A DNA stretch of 64,000 bases from a virus (IMGVR_UViG_3300037400_001962:58702-122701), one strand, 5' to 3'; positions 33,587 through 44,902 are shown, counted from the stretch's first letter. Notes: generated by a model from the sequence alone, not told the origin. Translations and numbers: made by a program.

Positions 33587-36449
33587 GCGTCGGCTCCTTT
33601 TTCATTTAATGGCATCCATTCGCGCAGTTTAAATTCAGCTTTGCGCTCCTTAGAATAAGTCTTGGTTGGAGTGTAAACAATTATACCGTCCCTTTCAGGA
33701 TATTTTATCATATACATAAACCTCTATATTTTTCTTTTGTTCTATTGTTAATTTATCTATATATTGTTTAGCAAGTGGATTTTTAGAAAGAGTTTCAATA
33801 CCAAAATATTCTTCTACTATTTTTCTACAATATACTGCTTCTTCACAAGTCTTCCAATCTTTAAAATAAAAACGTTTTCCATGATAACTAAAATCACATT
33901 TATATAAATGATTTTTACCGCTCACGCCGCGAATACCTATTTTATTATCTATTCTTACTTTAGTATTGTCAATATTAATTTGACGAGATACCAAACGTAA
34001 ATTTGATTTTCGATTATTACAAGAATTACCATCTATATGATCAATTTCTTGTTGAGGAATGGGGATATAATTCATTATATAATTATGTAAATACATTAAA
34101 TTTTTATTTTTAGATTGGCCAGTTACTATATAGATTTTATTCTTTTTATGGCTTGTGCGCCAGTTATATTTTTGTACTTTTTCTAAATCATCTTTATCAA
34201 TATAAACTGGAATAAATTCTTGTTTATATTGAATATTAATTAAATAACAATCATCTTGCTCAATATATTCATTTTTCATAAAAGGTCTACTCATATTCGG
34301 TTTAGACTATACAATCATCCGATTTGGATGTCTCTTGGTAGTCGTTAGAACCTCCTCATAATAATAATTTATTTTAGAGTTGTGTCAATGGATAATCCAA
34401 TCTTTATTCTTATTACGTTCTCTAAGTGATTAACTTAGCCCCAGCGTAGGTTTCCCATTCTGGTTCGTAAATAAAGCTCTAAGGACTTCCCCATTTATTC
34501 GAGATTTCTTATTTTATATCGCGTTAATATGTTACCATATTATTGGGCTTCACTTTATTTGCTTACCCTACGATTCTTGTATACTCAGTTTCAACTGGTT
34601 CTCCACATACAGGGCACACTTTGCCATAAAAGCTATGATAATTCTTGCATTGTGCAACTTTACCATTGAAAGCAAAATATGTGACACCTTGCGCAGCCAC
34701 CCAGTTCAGCATTTCCCAAGCACTTTTAAAACTGGAGAATGGTCTATCAATATTAATATGTTCAATTGATCCACCGTTACAATATGAGTCAAATGCCGCG
34801 CAAATCTTTGTACGTTCAAGAACAGTTGCTTTAATACCAAGAGGAATCCATTGATTACCATAGAGAGGTAAATCTTCAACTACTTTATCAGGATATAAAT
34901 ACTTATCTGCTGATTGCATCTTTGCAGCAGCTTGCTCAGCTGGGACTTGTTCAATATTAAACTTATAATCTTTATCAAGCGAGAAATTATCAATGCAATT
35001 ACGAATCACTTGAAACACACGACGGCCAAGTGAATAGGCTTCATCCGTATAAGAAGTATTACCAAATTCATCAACTTTGAGATAGCCAAAGGTTTTAATT
35101 GCTTCATAAATACCATTCACGCCAATAGTTGAATATAAATGTTCAAAATCAACTAAGCCAGAGGAAAAACTTGGCAAAAGTCCTTTCTCTACGTTTCTCT
35201 TTATAATTTCACGTTGTGTATCAAGAATTTTTAGATCAAGTTCAGTGAGATTTTTTAGGCGCACTAAGAAGTCTTGCTCAGATGTAGCTTGGTATGCTAA
35301 GCGCGCGATATTAAGTGTGGCTACTTTTACGGAGCCAACTTTAAGCGCGGTGCCACCGATAGAGTTAAAATATAGATCAGTAACATCGGATTTAAGCCTG
35401 CAACAATTAGAAAGACTGTTAACCGTACTATCAGTAAAGAAATTGAAAAGGTTCCATTTACGGCTGGCTTCACATGCCCAGCGCGCGAAGTCCTTATCGA
35501 CAAAACCATATTCACCCATTTGTTCTTCCCAATCTTCTTCTTTAAATTTAATTTGATTTAATGGGCCTTTAAAAAGAAGTGAAGCAGTAAGAACTGGGAA
35601 TGTAAATACATTTTCTTCTCTAATTTCATTTACAACATCAATAAAATCTTTTTGGAATTGGATAATTTCTTCTTCTTCATCAATCATTAATTCGCCATCT
35701 GGGAATATTGAGCCGCCAAAAATGGCTTCAAAGTATGGATGGTCGAATACGCTTACGTTTGTAAAAGCGGCTTGGTCAGTACGCACCCATGGTTGATTAA
35801 GACGATAAATTAAAGCTTGGAGTTGTTGATGTTTATATGTCTCTGGGTCTTTTGTGTAGTAACCAGCACGTACATCACGGCTCCAGAAATAATATAGATA
35901 AGGAATTAGATTGGGTAAGCCAACAGCTCCACTTTGCCGCCTACTAAGCCATGCGATTCCTTCCATAAGAATCTGAATAAATGAATCCAAATGCTTTGCT
36001 GGCCGCGCATTATAATTCTCAATAAAAAATAGCCCTTTTTCTACAATATCTTTAATATCATAAGCAAAACAATAGTGGTAGAAAGTGGAAGTATTAAAAT
36101 CGTGCATATAAATAGCATAATTCCACATAGCTTCCATAGCTTCATTTGCAATCTTGAAGCCATACTTCTTATTCATTTCATAATAAAGTTTATTAAAAGC
36201 TAAAAGTTTTTGATGTGGCTTTGACATTTCACTCATAAGAGTTACTATATCTTTTTGCGCAATATTTGCATTTGCATCAACAGAAGCATTTGCTACATTA
36301 TCACTATCAATAAAGTTATCAATAAAATCAGTAAGACTTAATTTATCTTCATCTAAACCTTGAAGGGCTAAAAATTCTTCTCCATACTTTTCAGCCATCT
36401 TATTAAATTGAGTCTAAAAATTTTTCTTTGTTCTAATATTTATATTCAT
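33583..36449 (-). CDS. nrdD: Anaerobic ribonucleoside-triphosphate reductase; exons 36449-34565 and 33677-33583; one TAG at codon 12
   Basis: Class III RNR motifs (NCCRL, EQVPAE, CPVCG). Splicing restores the glycyl-radical motif TRIVGFYTP. Confidence 0.9.
33678..34564 (-). mobile_element. Group I intron in nrdD
   Basis: 5' exon ends in U (GGG T), intron ends in G, P7 elements AACGACTA and GTATAGTC present, and the joined exons are in frame. Confidence 0.85.
33695..34294 (-). CDS. Intron-encoded HNH endonuclease with an AP2-like C-terminal domain
   Basis: EIDHIDGNSCNNRKSNLR motif followed by GIRGVS..F...EEAV..R. Confidence 0.8.
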   Translation of the reverse strand: MSRPFMKNEYIEQDDCYLINIQYKQEFIPVYIDKDDLEKVQKYNWRTSHKKNKIYIVTGQSKNKNLMYLHNYIMNYIPIPQQEIDHIDGNSCNNRKSNLRLVSRQINIDNTKVRIDNKIGIRGVSGKNHLYKCDFSYHGKRFYFKDWKTCEEAVYCRKIVEEYFGIETLSKNPLAKQYIDKLTIEQKKNIEVYVYDKIS

Positions 36450-36646
36450 TGCGCGTTCACCCATTTAACTGCTTCTGAGAAGCTATAATATTTATCATCA
36501 ACTTGAAGAATCGGTGCGGCTGCAAAGCCAAGCTTTTTCATTTCTTCTATATTGTCATTTGTAGTATATTCAATAGATTTCTTATTAAGCTTCATTTCTA
36601 AAGCTTTGCATTGTGGGCAATGCGTAGTATATAGTTTAATCGTCAT
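36446..36646 (-). CDS. nrdH: Glutaredoxin-like NrdH redoxin
   Basis: MTIKLYTTHCPQC...APILQVD; RBS AAGGAG before ATG 36646. Confidence 0.75.
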   Translation of the reverse strand: MTIKLYTTHCPQCKALEMKLNKKSIEYTTNDNIEEMKKLGFAAAPILQVDDKYYSFSEAVKWVNAQ

Positions 36647-36836
36647 AAATCGCTCCTTCAAAACCATCGCAATATTCACAAACACCATCAATAAAAGAAT
36701 GATTACATTGCGCGCGGATTTTATCATTTTCTTTCATTAGTTCTCGGATTTCTTCATTTAAAACGAATCTATCAAGCGCGGCTTGAATACGTGCATTATT
36801 CTCATTGATTCTTTCACGAATCTCGATTCCACTCAT
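36636..36836 (-). CDS. Small hypothetical protein with a CxH..CxxC motif
   Basis: 66 aa ORF with AGGAGG RBS, overlapping both neighbours. Confidence 0.55.
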   Translation of the reverse strand: MSGIEIRERINENNARIQAALDRFVLNEEIRELMKENDKIRAQCNHSFIDGVCEYCDGFEGAIYDD

Positions 36837-37947
36837 TTACTAGTTTTCCTCCTTGTAAAATTACATTTGGCATACTATAAAACATATCAAATACTTCATA
36901 ATTGTTTTTCCGTATATATTGAAAACTTTCCCGTATTTCTTGAAGACTTACGGCAAAGTGGCTCCATGGCATTACTTCAAGATAAGCTCGTTTCTTTGCG
37001 GCACACCACTTATACAATGTTTCTTTATGTGGTAAAATATGCTCACAATATGACCTACCATAAAAACAATTAAAAAGTTTCATAAGATTTAAAAGTTCTG
37101 GAGTTTTAAAAAACTCGTTACTAATGTTAAGTAAAATTTTTGTATTATGGCTTCGTAAAAATAATAACTGCTTATAAAATTCTCCTAAACAGTTTTCCAA
37201 AAAATAGTTCTCGTCGGAGCACCCATAGGTGAAATTATAAACCATTTGCCGCAAGCCAAGGATTGGTTTTTCACATAAGGCCACTAATTCATCATTCGTG
37301 AACATTCCATTATATTGAAGATAAAATACTGTCCCCATTGGCGGTAATTTAAGCCATTTCATAAGTTCATCAAAGTTATACACATTTATTGGGTATTTAT
37401 TCCCAATCCTATACGGCAGACCGCTTGGCCGCCGTCTACTTACATCTTCTAATAGTTCAAATGCACCAGGTATAGAAGATAAATCATAGTCATGTAAAAT
37501 AACTGATGGATGATATGGTTGAAGTCTTTCATAAGGAAAAGGTTCAAGCGTTTTTCCATCCAAAGACAATCGTACATGAGTGGCATTGAGAATTGTTCTA
37601 ATTTCTTCTCTGCGCGCTTTTACAGTGCCATAATTATCTTTATACTTTTTATAAATGTCAAAATCTGGAATTATATGCTCCATCTCTAAATTAAATGGTT
37701 TATATTGCTCTGAGAATGCGCGGCCGCCATATTCAACATTAGGGAGTAAAATTTTATTATCAAAAATTCCATCATCATATTCTTTTCTAAAAAAAACAGA
37801 CGTATATTGGCTAGGCTCAAAGTTAGGCCCAAATACAATTATATCTCGTTTACTCTTACGCCAGGCCGCGTATTTTGCACATTCCAAATTTGGAATAACG
37901 CTGGGATAATGGAAGTAATCTGAATCATAAACTAAAATTACTGCCAT
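36814..37947 (-). CDS. Hypothetical protein resembling a degenerate radical-SAM protein
   Basis: N-terminus (PNLECAKYAAWRKSKRD...GG...EHIIPDFDIY) resembles phage radical-SAM proteins, but there is no CxxxCxxC. Confidence 0.5.
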   Translation of the reverse strand: MAVILVYDSDYFHYPSVIPNLECAKYAAWRKSKRDIIVFGPNFEPSQYTSVFFRKEYDDGIFDNKILLPNVEYGGRAFSEQYKPFNLEMEHIIPDFDIYKKYKDNYGTVKARREEIRTILNATHVRLSLDGKTLEPFPYERLQPYHPSVILHDYDLSSIPGAFELLEDVSRRRPSGLPYRIGNKYPINVYNFDELMKWLKLPPMGTVFYLQYNGMFTNDELVALCEKPILGLRQMVYNFTYGCSDENYFLENCLGEFYKQLLFLRSHNTKILLNISNEFFKTPELLNLMKLFNCFYGRSYCEHILPHKETLYKWCAAKKRAYLEVMPWSHFAVSLQEIRESFQYIRKNNYEVFDMFYSMPNVILQGGKLVNEWNRDS

Positions 37948-40900
37948 TATCCTTCATCCGCCCTTTCTGTTTTAATTACTAATCTTCCATTTTCGATACC
38001 AGTTATTTGTTCTACTCTATGCCAAGGTGTAGTTTTATATACTTTCGCAACAAAACTTTCTTCTTGACGAATACCAGTAACAATAATTTTATTACCACGA
38101 GTGAATGTTGATTTCTCAATCACATGTTTTCGACCATCTGGCCCTTTTACAGAGATTTGCTTATCATACGCTTCAAACGCTCCATAAATCTTTACTGAAA
38201 CTACACCAGTTGGTGTTAATAATTGTACTGTCTTTTTAGCTTTATCTCTGTCCAAAACTGTGCCAGCAATACGATGAAGCCTAAAGATCGGAACTTGTTT
38301 GCCTTTAATTGGAATAACTCTTTCCACTTCTGCTTGTTCACTAAGGTCAAAGAAATCTTCGATCATATAAATACTCAAATCAACATTTGCTAATTCATGA
38401 TCGTGAGAATAGAATGAAACAGAATCCATTTCCCATTTACTAAAATCTCCGAGACAATATTTGTTCCAAACATCAGAAGTTAGTTTATCATTCACAGCTT
38501 TAAGAAGTTCTTCATTATGCTCTTTTACAAACGGTCTGATAATATCCATTTGTTTTTTATAAATACTATCCCATACTGTTTGCTTAATACAAAAACCGCT
38601 TTCTGTGAATCTATTAGGTTCAGTTTTATCTATATCAAAATAAGTTTCAAGAAACTTAAAAGCTGGATTGTCAAGACCATAATAACCTTGATCCATTTTC
38701 ATTTTTTTAATATACTTATTAAAATTATACACGCGGCGCTGTAAATCATATTTATCTGGAATTAAACCAAAATCAATTAACATTTTCATATTTTGAAGAG
38801 TGATACGTTTCTTAGTATCACTTATCATATTAACATACTCATGCATAAGTTTTGTTCTATCTCCAAAACTATCAAATGCACCAGATTTAATAAGATTTAT
38901 CATTTGAACTTTATTAACCTTTACTTTTGAAAGAAAATCAGTTATTGAAGTATATGGACGATTCATGATGATTGCTTTTACGAGTTCTTCACCCACGCGC
39001 GTAATACCACTAATACCATAACGAATAATATTAAGTTTTGCATCTGGAGAAAACGTATAGGTTGATTTATTAATGTCTGGAGGTTCAACGACGATCCCAC
39101 TCATTCTCATTTTTCCAATTGCAGTTGCAATCTTACCATAGTTTACACTTGAAGTTTTCTTTTTCTTTTTTACACCAGCTTCAACTTCTTCATCTTCATC
39201 GTCATCTTCTTCATCGTCTTGTGTAAACTCTTCAATCTCATTATTATATACTTCTTCTACTATTTCAATTTCTTCATCTTCTTGCTCTTTTTCATCGCCA
39301 CCCGCGTCTGTAATTAAACACGCGCAGTTCCAAAAGATAATTGGATAATGATATGCAAGATTCATTTCTTGAAGTGCAATTAAACTATATGCAAGAGTAT
39401 GAGACTGATTAAATCCATACCCACGGCTCATTGCAATCAGAACATTCCATACATAGTTTGTGAGTTTTTGATCTATTCCTTTTTCTTTTGTGACTTCAAA
39501 AAATTCTTTGGTCAATGCATCATAATCTTTTGGGTTCTTCTTCGCAATTGATTTACGAAGTTTATCTGCCCAAGTCAAACTAAAACCACCAAGTTCTGGA
39601 AGTTGAACTAACTCCATAAATTGCTCTTGTGCGATACAAAGACCATATGACATACCAAGAACTGGTTCAAGAATTTTTCTTTCTTTTTCTCCAAGCCCAT
39701 ATCGTTCCATCTCTTTTTCCCATTCATTTGGATTTGCTTTGAAGCGCGCGAGCTTATCGGTTGGCATTTCTCCGCCTTTTTCTTGCGCCATAAGACGAAT
39801 TGTAGAGTTAAGAATTGCAAGGTCATCAACAGAAGTTGGCTTTAGAGTTGCTATACCATTAATACCAGATTGCTTTTCCATTTGAAACAGAGATTGAATC
39901 TCATGATTCCAAACCATTTTCCACATCTCTGGATTATCGCGCTCAAGATTATATACACCAATTATATTTTCATAAGTTTCTTTTAGTGTGCGCTCACGCT
40001 CAACTAAACCAGCATCACACAAAAGATCAATACAATTATGAATCTTATCCATCGCTTCAACCGATAACGCGTCATATTTAATAAGACTTACATCTTCTGC
40101 ATCATGAAGCTCAAACTGTGTACAAATTGTACCATCAGGCGCACGCATTAATGCAGTTGATTCAGTAAATGGTTCATCAACAAAGATAACACCACCGGCA
40201 TGAATACCAGAACCACAAATTAATCCTTCAATTTTTTGTGCCACATTCCATAGCTCTGGATAGTTATTCATTTCAACAATGAACTGCTTTATTGGCGCAA
40301 AATCATTTTCAGTATCACCATTATAACACTGGCTCAATGTTCTTAACATACCACGATCTGCCGGAATCAAACTTGCAATATATTGAGCTATATCTACATC
40401 AATACCTAAGCCGCGCGCGGCTGTAAGAATTGCAGATTTAGATTTTTCTGTACGGAATGTCGCAACGTTTGCTACTCTATCTTCTCCATAATATTTACGA
40501 AACGCATTTAAAACTTGAGCACGCCGGCCGCCCTCAATATCGAAGTCAACATCAAGGACAGACACACGATCGGGATTCAAAAACCTCCAACGGAAACATT
40601 TAGTTGTTTCTCTGAGTGGATTAATTTGAGTAATATCAAGGCAATACAGAAGTATAAAACCAACACCAGAACCGCGTCCAGGTCCAACAAGACTGCCAGC
40701 TTCCCAACAAATATCAATAATATTTTGAAGGTTTAAATAATATGCACTCCATCGTGCTTTATTAACTTCGGAAGAAACCCATGTATCTTCGAGACAGGCA
40801 TTGATTTCATCATATGCTTCTTTATTTTGAAGGTCTGGATGTGTATCAATACCATGCACAACTGCTTTCACCAAATATCTATCAGATTCATATGGAGACT

Positions 40901-41918
40901 CTGCAAAAGTCCAAAGCATTGGAATTTTCATACACATTTCTTCATATCCCCAAGCATCTGGTTCTTTTTCAATTGGTTTCCACTTTAAATTCGGAATCTT
41001 AAGCGGCCGCAGTAAACTAAAATCTTCAATACTATCTCTAATCTTTAAAATATTTTTATATGCTTCTTGAAGAATATCGGAACTAAAGTATGGAAAGTAA
41101 CTTTCCAATTCCTTTGTTCCCATCATGTAAGTTGTTGCATAAAAATCATCAACTTCGCGTTCGCCATTCTGTGCATTAAGATACGCTTTATGAACAACTC
41201 TATCTTCTTTACGAAGATAATGGCTATCTGTCGTAATAATATAAGGAATATCAAAATAAATCGAATGTTTTAAAAGCGTCTTATTAACTAAGATTTGGTC
41301 TTTATTTTTTGATGGCTGCATCTCAAAATAAAAATTGCCATGCCCAAAAAGTTTATCCATCTGCTGAATCCACATATCAATCTTTGGTAGAAGCTCAGGA
41401 TTACTTTGCGCGCGAAGAATTTGAGTTGGAAGCGCGCCGCCAAGGCAAGCTGTTGAACCAATTACATGACCAGGATTCTTCCCAATAATTTCAAATAAAT
41501 CATTATAATATGTTGGAACTCTACGCATGCCGCGTGCCATATAACTACGCATCCATGCACGAGTTGAAATTTCTCGAATCTGCTGGGCACCCACTTGGTC
41601 GCGCGCCAATAATATGAAATGGAAATACCTATCAACTTCTTTATTATAATTCTGCGCATTTAATCCATTTCTACAAAGATAAATCTCATTACCAAGAATT
41701 ACTTTTAATTCTGGATATTTCTCTTTTAATTTTTTTGCAGCCTTTTCAGCCTTAACCCAACCACTAATACTTTCGTGGTCAGTTAAGGCTACTACTTTAT
41801 GTCCGAGCGCGCCTGCATAATTAAATAAATCATCGAGTTTGTTTATGCAATCACGCAAACGAATATTTGAATAATCTGAATGATTATGTAAGCTCCCTGG
41901 GTAATTCAGTTTCTCCAT
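37947..41918 (-). CDS. dnaE: DNA polymerase III alpha subunit
   Basis: PHP domain (LHNHSDYS, TDHE, DSHY), GPGRGS, DVDFD, GIHAGG and GYGFNQSH motifs; 1323 aa with no TAG. Confidence 0.95.
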   Translation of the reverse strand: MEKLNYPGSLHNHSDYSNIRLRDCINKLDDLFNYAGALGHKVVALTDHESISGWVKAEKAAKKLKEKYPELKVILGNEIYLCRNGLNAQNYNKEVDRYFHFILLARDQVGAQQIREISTRAWMRSYMARGMRRVPTYYNDLFEIIGKNPGHVIGSTACLGGALPTQILRAQSNPELLPKIDMWIQQMDKLFGHGNFYFEMQPSKNKDQILVNKTLLKHSIYFDIPYIITTDSHYLRKEDRVVHKAYLNAQNGEREVDDFYATTYMMGTKELESYFPYFSSDILQEAYKNILKIRDSIEDFSLLRPLKIPNLKWKPIEKEPDAWGYEEMCMKIPMLWTFAESPYESDRYLVKAVVHGIDTHPDLQNKEAYDEINACLEDTWVSSEVNKARWSAYYLNLQNIIDICWEAGSLVGPGRGSGVGFILLYCLDITQINPLRETTKCFRWRFLNPDRVSVLDVDFDIEGGRRAQVLNAFRKYYGEDRVANVATFRTEKSKSAILTAARGLGIDVDIAQYIASLIPADRGMLRTLSQCYNGDTENDFAPIKQFIVEMNNYPELWNVAQKIEGLICGSGIHAGGVIFVDEPFTESTALMRAPDGTICTQFELHDAEDVSLIKYDALSVEAMDKIHNCIDLLCDAGLVERERTLKETYENIIGVYNLERDNPEMWKMVWNHEIQSLFQMEKQSGINGIATLKPTSVDDLAILNSTIRLMAQEKGGEMPTDKLARFKANPNEWEKEMERYGLGEKERKILEPVLGMSYGLCIAQEQFMELVQLPELGGFSLTWADKLRKSIAKKNPKDYDALTKEFFEVTKEKGIDQKLTNYVWNVLIAMSRGYGFNQSHTLAYSLIALQEMNLAYHYPIIFWNCACLITDAGGDEKEQEDEEIEIVEEVYNNEIEEFTQDDEEDDDEDEEVEAGVKKKKKTSSVNYGKIATAIGKMRMSGIVVEPPDINKSTYTFSPDAKLNIIRYGISGITRVGEELVKAIIMNRPYTSITDFLSKVKVNKVQMINLIKSGAFDSFGDRTKLMHEYVNMISDTKKRITLQNMKMLIDFGLIPDKYDLQRRVYNFNKYIKKMKMDQGYYGLDNPAFKFLETYFDIDKTEPNRFTESGFCIKQTVWDSIYKKQMDIIRPFVKEHNEELLKAVNDKLTSDVWNKYCLGDFSKWEMDSVSFYSHDHELANVDLSIYMIEDFFDLSEQAEVERVIPIKGKQVPIFRLHRIAGTVLDRDKAKKTVQLLTPTGVVSVKIYGAFEAYDKQISVKGPDGRKHVIEKSTFTRGNKIIVTGIRQEESFVAKVYKTTPWHRVEQITGIENGRLVIKTERADEG

Positions 41919-41950
41919 TCAACCACTCTCCATTTCTATTTTCTATAATA

Positions 41951-41979
41951 ATTATACCATAAATTCTTTTAATTTTCAA
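41951..41979 (-). promoter_or_regulatory. Sigma-A-type promoter upstream of dnaE
   Basis: TTGAAA-17 nt-TATAAT with TG. Confidence 0.65.
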
Positions 41980-42781
41980 GTTTATATCGTCCAAGGCGCT
42001 CTACCGCTTTAAAATTATTAGTTTTATCCATCGTGCGTCGTACTTCTTTTTCCCAAATAATTTCAAAATCATCAGGAAAAGTTTGCTCGCTACAAATTAC
42101 TATATGGTGTTTACTCATTTCACGAACCCAATTCCAATATTTATCATAATCAAATTCAGTTTCAAATTTATATCCATATGGTTTTGTTCCTTGATACGGC
42201 GGATCACAATAAATTAAAGTTTTAATTTCTTCTGGCCATTTTAATTCAGTATAATCGCACCATTCAAATTCAATATCTTTATATTTAGGATTTTTAATTT
42301 GCTCCATAAAATTTTTATAAGCGTCATAATAATAATCTTTTTTATCTGTATCTTTTGCATAGCCACGACTAAAACCACCACGATTAAAACTCCCAAAGAA
42401 TTGGATAGCTCCAATTCGCCAACCTTCCATTTCTTCTTCCATTGACGGCGCGCCAAGATGACGACGATAAATGTCTTTTGCTTCATACCACCATTCTGGA
42501 TTACCGTGTGCTGGAATTAATTCTGGTGCTATTTGTCCTTGTTGGTGAAGTTTAATAAGTGAATAACATTTATCTAAACCTATTTTGCGTTTGCAATCAA
42601 TTTTATCTATTACGTTGGCGCCACCAACGAACGGTTCAAGATAACATTCTATATGCTCTTTATCAATTATACGCTGGAGAATTGGGACAATATCTCCAAC
42701 GTACTTACTTTTACTTCCTTGATATACTATAAAACTCCTTAATGGATATTCATTATCCAATAAATATTTATTAAAATCCAA
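41969..42781 (-). CDS. Dam-like (D12 class) DNA adenine methyltransferase
   Basis: YQGSKSK, EPFVGGAN and YCDPPY motifs. Confidence 0.85.
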   Translation of the reverse strand: MDFNKYLLDNEYPLRSFIVYQGSKSKYVGDIVPILQRIIDKEHIECYLEPFVGGANVIDKIDCKRKIGLDKCYSLIKLHQQGQIAPELIPAHGNPEWWYEAKDIYRRHLGAPSMEEEMEGWRIGAIQFFGSFNRGGFSRGYAKDTDKKDYYYDAYKNFMEQIKNPKYKDIEFEWCDYTELKWPEEIKTLIYCDPPYQGTKPYGYKFETEFDYDKYWNWVREMSKHHIVICSEQTFPDDFEIIWEKEVRRTMDKTNNFKAVERLGRYKLEN

Positions 42782-42795
42782 ATTATAAAAATCAT

Positions 42796-44535
42796 TTAAA
42801 ATGTAAGGAGGTTATCAATAACCTCATAGTCCTCTATAAGTAATTGTGCTGATTGTGTATTCATCCATTTGTTAATATTTGGTTTACCAACGACACTAAT
42901 TTTAATTTCATTACACTTTCCTAACTGCTCAATCAAATCAGAAGCATGAAATTTAATAAAAATAACCCCATTCTTTTCAAAACGTACAGTATCTTTATTA
43001 GTCCCAATAACTTTATAATCTGTACTATCTAAATAAATATTTGGAACAAAAATTAATGCTTCGGGGTTTCCTTGCCCCCAAATATTTGTATTAGAAGCTA
43101 AATCATAAATTAAATCTTCTAAATCAGAAGCATTTGGTTCTCTAATAAAGTTTACATCGTACATACCTTCATTAAAGTTAATATCTTTAAGTGCTTTATT
43201 TGCATATTCATGAAAAGCTCTTAAATTACTATCGAGAATACTCGCGCCCGCCGCGTTGGCATGACCTTGTACCCATTCAAAATACCCACTGTCATTTAAA
43301 AACTTTTTAAGGTCTTGTAATTCACAATCTGCTACATTACGAATTGAACCGCGGTCGTATCCTTCCTCATTCAAGCGCGCGAGTATAGTTGGGCGCTTAT
43401 ACTTGGCCGCGAGTTTCATAGCTGTAAGACCAGTCACTTCTGAGGGATATTCGTCATCATCATTTAAACGAATAAATAAAATTTTATTTTCAAGCAGGTC
43501 ATATTTAAAAATCTTTTGCTCCAATTCGCTAACCATTTGGTCTGTTAAGCGATTTTGTTTTGCTTTTGCATTAGTGCATTCACGCAAAGATTCAATAGCT
43601 ACTTCTTCCATTGTGCCTTTGGCTCCGCGCTTATTGCATGGAACTTGTCTATGCCCATCAATAAGGCCAAGAAAAAGACGCTCTTTTTCTTCCATACTAC
43701 CCATGCGAATCATCGCGTTCATCATAGGGACAATATAAAAGGCAACGCTAATAGGAGTTACTTCATTATTCATTGAATATGCTTGTTTTTCAATCGCACA
43801 TCTAAAGAAATAGTTTTTTACATGATTAAACCCATAAAGCATAATATAACGGTTTTCCAAATTTAATACCGACCCCATATCTCCACATACACCAAGCGCG
43901 GCCAGGTCAATTAAATCATTAACAACTTTTTTTGAAGAAGTATTTAAGCTTTCGTGACAACGACAAAATTGCCAAGTTACTCCAGCACCAGTTAATTCTT
44001 TATTTAAATACTTTGGTGAAAGTTGATTATTAATTATACAAGCATTATCACTAATAGGTTGATCATCATCAATTTCGTGATGATCTAATACAAGACAACG
44101 CATACCATGCTCTTTTAATGCTTCGTGATATTCATAATCATTACTTGAACTATCTGGCAAAATAATTAAATCATAAAACTCATTACTATCAATAATAGTT
44201 TGAGTATGGTCTTGCAACCCATGTTCTTTGTGTTCATGTAACATATATGAAATCTTTTGATTTGGAGATATGGCTTTAATATAATTATACATAATCGCAC
44301 TTGAAGTAAAGCCATCAACGTCACAGTCTATAATTAATAGAATGTGTGAGTTTTCTTTATTAAGAGTTTCTTCAAGCCAAATTGCGCCTTGTTTAATATT
44401 ATTTAAATTTAGCGGGTCATTTAAACAAGAAGCATCTGGATGTAAATACTTTTCAATATCCGTTACACCGCGCGCGGTGAGCAGTTGTTTTAAATAGTTA
44501 GATTGAAAATTTTCATTTACTAAATTTACTTTCAT
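42796..44535 (-). CDS. recJ: RecJ-like ssDNA exonuclease (DHH family)
   Basis: DCDVDG, LDHH, RGSIR and GHANAAG motifs. Confidence 0.9.
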   Translation of the reverse strand: MKVNLVNENFQSNYLKQLLTARGVTDIEKYLHPDASCLNDPLNLNNIKQGAIWLEETLNKENSHILLIIDCDVDGFTSSAIMYNYIKAISPNQKISYMLHEHKEHGLQDHTQTIIDSNEFYDLIILPDSSSNDYEYHEALKEHGMRCLVLDHHEIDDDQPISDNACIINNQLSPKYLNKELTGAGVTWQFCRCHESLNTSSKKVVNDLIDLAALGVCGDMGSVLNLENRYIMLYGFNHVKNYFFRCAIEKQAYSMNNEVTPISVAFYIVPMMNAMIRMGSMEEKERLFLGLIDGHRQVPCNKRGAKGTMEEVAIESLRECTNAKAKQNRLTDQMVSELEQKIFKYDLLENKILFIRLNDDDEYPSEVTGLTAMKLAAKYKRPTILARLNEEGYDRGSIRNVADCELQDLKKFLNDSGYFEWVQGHANAAGASILDSNLRAFHEYANKALKDINFNEGMYDVNFIREPNASDLEDLIYDLASNTNIWGQGNPEALIFVPNIYLDSTDYKVIGTNKDTVRFEKNGVIFIKFHASDLIEQLGKCNEIKISVVGKPNINKWMNTQSAQLLIEDYEVIDNLLTF

Positions 44536-44723
44536 ATTTTATCTACCTTCTTATTCTTTAAAGTAATAGCAAAAGCTGCTTTTGGAAGTGTTGAATATGA
44601 AAGTTCAATAGGAAAATGCTCAATCATATCAAATGTGTATCCTTTTTTAATATCTTCTGCAATTTCAAGTATTGCTGAATCTGCGTCTATAAAATTTATT
44701 TCATAAATCTTTTTTAAAACCAT
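44532..44723 (-). CDS. Hypothetical protein
   Basis: 63 aa ORF coupled to recJ. Confidence 0.5.
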   Translation of the reverse strand: MVLKKIYEINFIDADSAILEIAEDIKKGYTFDMIEHFPIELSYSTLPKAAFAITLKNKKVDKI

Positions 44724-44734
44724 TTTAGCCTTCC

Positions 44735-44902
44735 TTATTTTATATCGTATCTTTTTTTAATATAATCTATAATAAAGTCTCTTTGCCCATTACTTCCATT
44801 ATCGGCTCTAAATTTAATATAAGCCTTACTAAAACATACTTCTTCAATTACTGATAATATATCTCTTGCAGCTTGGCGCTGAAAAAGTTCTTTATCTTCC
44901 AT
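44735..44902 (-). CDS. Small hypothetical protein (~55 aa)
   Basis: TAATG coupling to the primase stop; MEDKELFQRQ...; fills the gap. Confidence 0.45.
   Translation of the reverse strand: MEDKELFQRQAARDILSVIEEVCFSKAYIKFRADNGSNGQRDFIIDYIKKRYDIK

Noticed and set aside
39160-39300. Acidic/lysine-rich insert in DnaE as a possible intein
   Set aside because: Short low-complexity loop without Cys/Ser start or His-Asn end motifs.
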